The position numbers and the translations under genes were made by a program. A DNA stretch of 64,000 nt. It comes from Promethearchaeota archaeon. Its GTDB lineage: Archaea; Asgardarchaeota; Lokiarchaeia; Sigyniarchaeales; SOKP01. The stretch is taken from assembly GCA_030599585.1 (NCBI GenBank), contig JAUVNS010000019.1, positions 16,404 to 80,403 on the forward strand, in the 5' to 3' direction. This document shows, one piece after another, positions 62,640 through 64,000 of this stretch (position 1 is its first letter; each line of letters starts with the position of its first letter). The notes beneath the pieces were generated by a model. That model was not told the DNA's origin, did not search any database, and worked only from the letters and a program-made list of their open reading frames with translations.

Positions 62640-63608
62640 TTATTTTTCAAAAGCATTATTCCCTTCAATGACAAAAACAAAACTGGTAAAGTGTAACCCC
62701 GGTGGTGCTACGAATTCCAAGTCAATGTATTGCGATACACCATTGTTATGATCTGCACCTAATACTTCCACTTTTTTATCGTCGCTTTTCCTCAACAAAG
62801 ACCTCACTTGCCCATCTTCGCAATGGATTGCCGATACTAATGGAAGTCTGATCCTTCGGTTGCTGGGTAATATTCCATACAACCCGACTTGGTCTATGTC
62901 AGAGATGGTTTTTGGATGCTCGGTTAATTTGAGATGATATCGATTGTCAATCGCTTCTGGTGAGTTGATAAGTGTGTGCTGATAAGTAACATCGTTACCG
63001 TCAGAATCGTGGATATCCAACAATCCTTCTTCTTGATATTGTTCCTCGTCAAACACGCTTAAAATGGGACATCCTCCGCCTCCACCACTTGCGTAAGTAT
63101 ATCTAACTCGAAGAAAATCGAACCATATATCATATGCGCACAATAAATTGAATTCAAGATAATATACATCTTTATCAGGTCGTAAAGGAAAGGTTTCAGT
63201 TTGGTATTGAGGACGAGGGGCCCCAGGACCTGGATATAATGTAAAATAATCCGGCCATGTCTCACCATAATAGTGTACTGTTATTTCTAATAAATCATCG
63301 GGGTAAACATCATAGTAGTCATAAACCACTTCTAATTCACTTGTTGTATGAGTTATAGTGGGACGGTCAAAATAGAAAAATACACGAGAATATGAACCTC
63401 CTGACCTTTTAACCCAAAATGGCTCCTGATTTATAGTTGTAAGATCGCTTAAATCTCCATCCTCAACTTCAAAATTAAATAATAAATAAAAATAGGGATA
63501 CTCGTTTTCTGTGAGAGCGAGTGTCGATGGTATTATACTGAAGATAATGACGAATGTTAAAAAAGCACTTAATAGCCCTGATACTTTCTTATTCTTAATG
63601 ATTTTCAC
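62640..63608 (-). CDS. Secreted protein: N-terminal beta-rich domain, Gly linker, C-terminal 'GCP' domain
   Basis: Signal peptide (LLSAFLTFVIIFSIIPSTLA), then SGGGGGCPILSVFD...LKLTE...SDIDQVGL...FVFVIEG. Confidence 0.75.
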   Translation of the reverse strand: MKIIKNKKVSGLLSAFLTFVIIFSIIPSTLALTENEYPYFYLLFNFEVEDGDLSDLTTINQEPFWVKRSGGSYSRVFFYFDRPTITHTTSELEVVYDYYDVYPDDLLEITVHYYGETWPDYFTLYPGPGAPRPQYQTETFPLRPDKDVYYLEFNLLCAYDIWFDFLRVRYTYASGGGGGCPILSVFDEEQYQEEGLLDIHDSDGNDVTYQHTLINSPEAIDNRYHLKLTEHPKTISDIDQVGLYGILPSNRRIRLPLVSAIHCEDGQVRSLLRKSDDKKVEVLGADHNNGVSQYIDLEFVAPPGLHFTSFVFVIEGNNAFEK

Positions 63609-63830
63609 CTTTTTTTTTTCTCTTTTAGATTTTAATTATATTTTATTTTTAATTTTTTGATAAATTTTTGTCACCTAGCAAAAAAGATAATTGCTTATTT
63701 AAAACTTGCTACCGTTTTACTACAAATTATCAGGTGAAGATTGATCTGTCAAAATTCACCGCACATGAGTAACTTCAGATCCCTATATAAAGAGCAAAAT
63801 TAGTAAGCAATAATTTTAGACATTTAATTT

Positions 63831-64000
63831 TTAAATATTTATTTCGTTTTGCTCCTTAATTTTCATGTTCTCTGACTTCCAAAGCGTCAAGTATTTTTTG
63901 AAAAAATCGTGCGAAAACCCAATAGAATTAACAGTTCTCGTATCGTTTGGTCGTTTTACTTTTTTAGCCTTCTTTTTTCTAAAAGTTTTTTCCCAATCAA
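63831..64000 (-). CDS. 3' end of a hypothetical gene running off the window
   Basis: Open frame DWEKTFRKKKAKKVKRPNDTRTVNSIGFSHDFFKKYLTLWKSENMKIKEQNEINI* from the window edge. Confidence 0.4.
   Translation of the reverse strand, partial: DWEKTFRKKKAKKVKRPNDTRTVNSIGFSHDFFKKYLTLWKSENMKIKEQNEINI

Noticed and set aside
9740-64000. attL/attR duplication of the ubiquitin 3' end, or an integrase bounding the island
   Set aside because: No second copy was found by eye in the window apart from a chance GGTTAACC 8-mer at 61826, and no recombinase ORF is present. The other end could lie outside the window.
1-64000. CRISPR array, tRNA or rRNA
   Set aside because: No regularly spaced repeats or GC-rich structured RNA-like segments of suitable length. 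The GC-rich spot at 60841-60866 is too short and forms no cloverleaf.

Overview
AT-rich archaeal DNA, most likely from a Lokiarchaeia-type Asgard archaeon (inferred from a eukaryote-like ubiquitin, a Loki-type LRR protein, a WD40-TIR protein and IPxF-TM-basic C-terminal anchors). There are three zones. (1) 1-9.8 kb, host-like genes: WD40-TIR, two convergent paralogous CorA-like/2TM/NUDIX membrane proteins, nadA, an LRR protein, a wHTH-zinc-ribbon regulator and a ubiquitin with a C-terminal extension. (2) 9.8-57.9 kb, a CG-richer minus-strand island dominated by one uninterrupted 43.6-kb ORF (14,550 aa). This protein has a 9-TM N-terminal anchor, an acidic ectodomain of about 12,800 aa with nested 'Russian-doll' domain insertions, a DxDxDG cluster, several hydrophobic translocation-like helices, and a compositionally distinct basic C-terminal tip (561 aa) with PD-(D/E)XK-like nuclease motifs. 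A small candidate immunity gene follows 44 bp downstream. I read this as a candidate giant, membrane-tethered, contact-dependent polymorphic toxin. Upstream are two surface-anchored proteins and a duplicated terminator plus small basic ORF unit; the copy coupled to the giant gene carries a nonsense codon and is missing from the ORF track. (3) 58-64 kb, a decayed accessory or defence zone: DUF4238 fragments, a DUF2441/ART-like gene, a secreted GCP-motif protein and remnants. I saw no rRNA, tRNA, CRISPR array or integrase. All family assignments come from reading motifs by eye, not from database searches.
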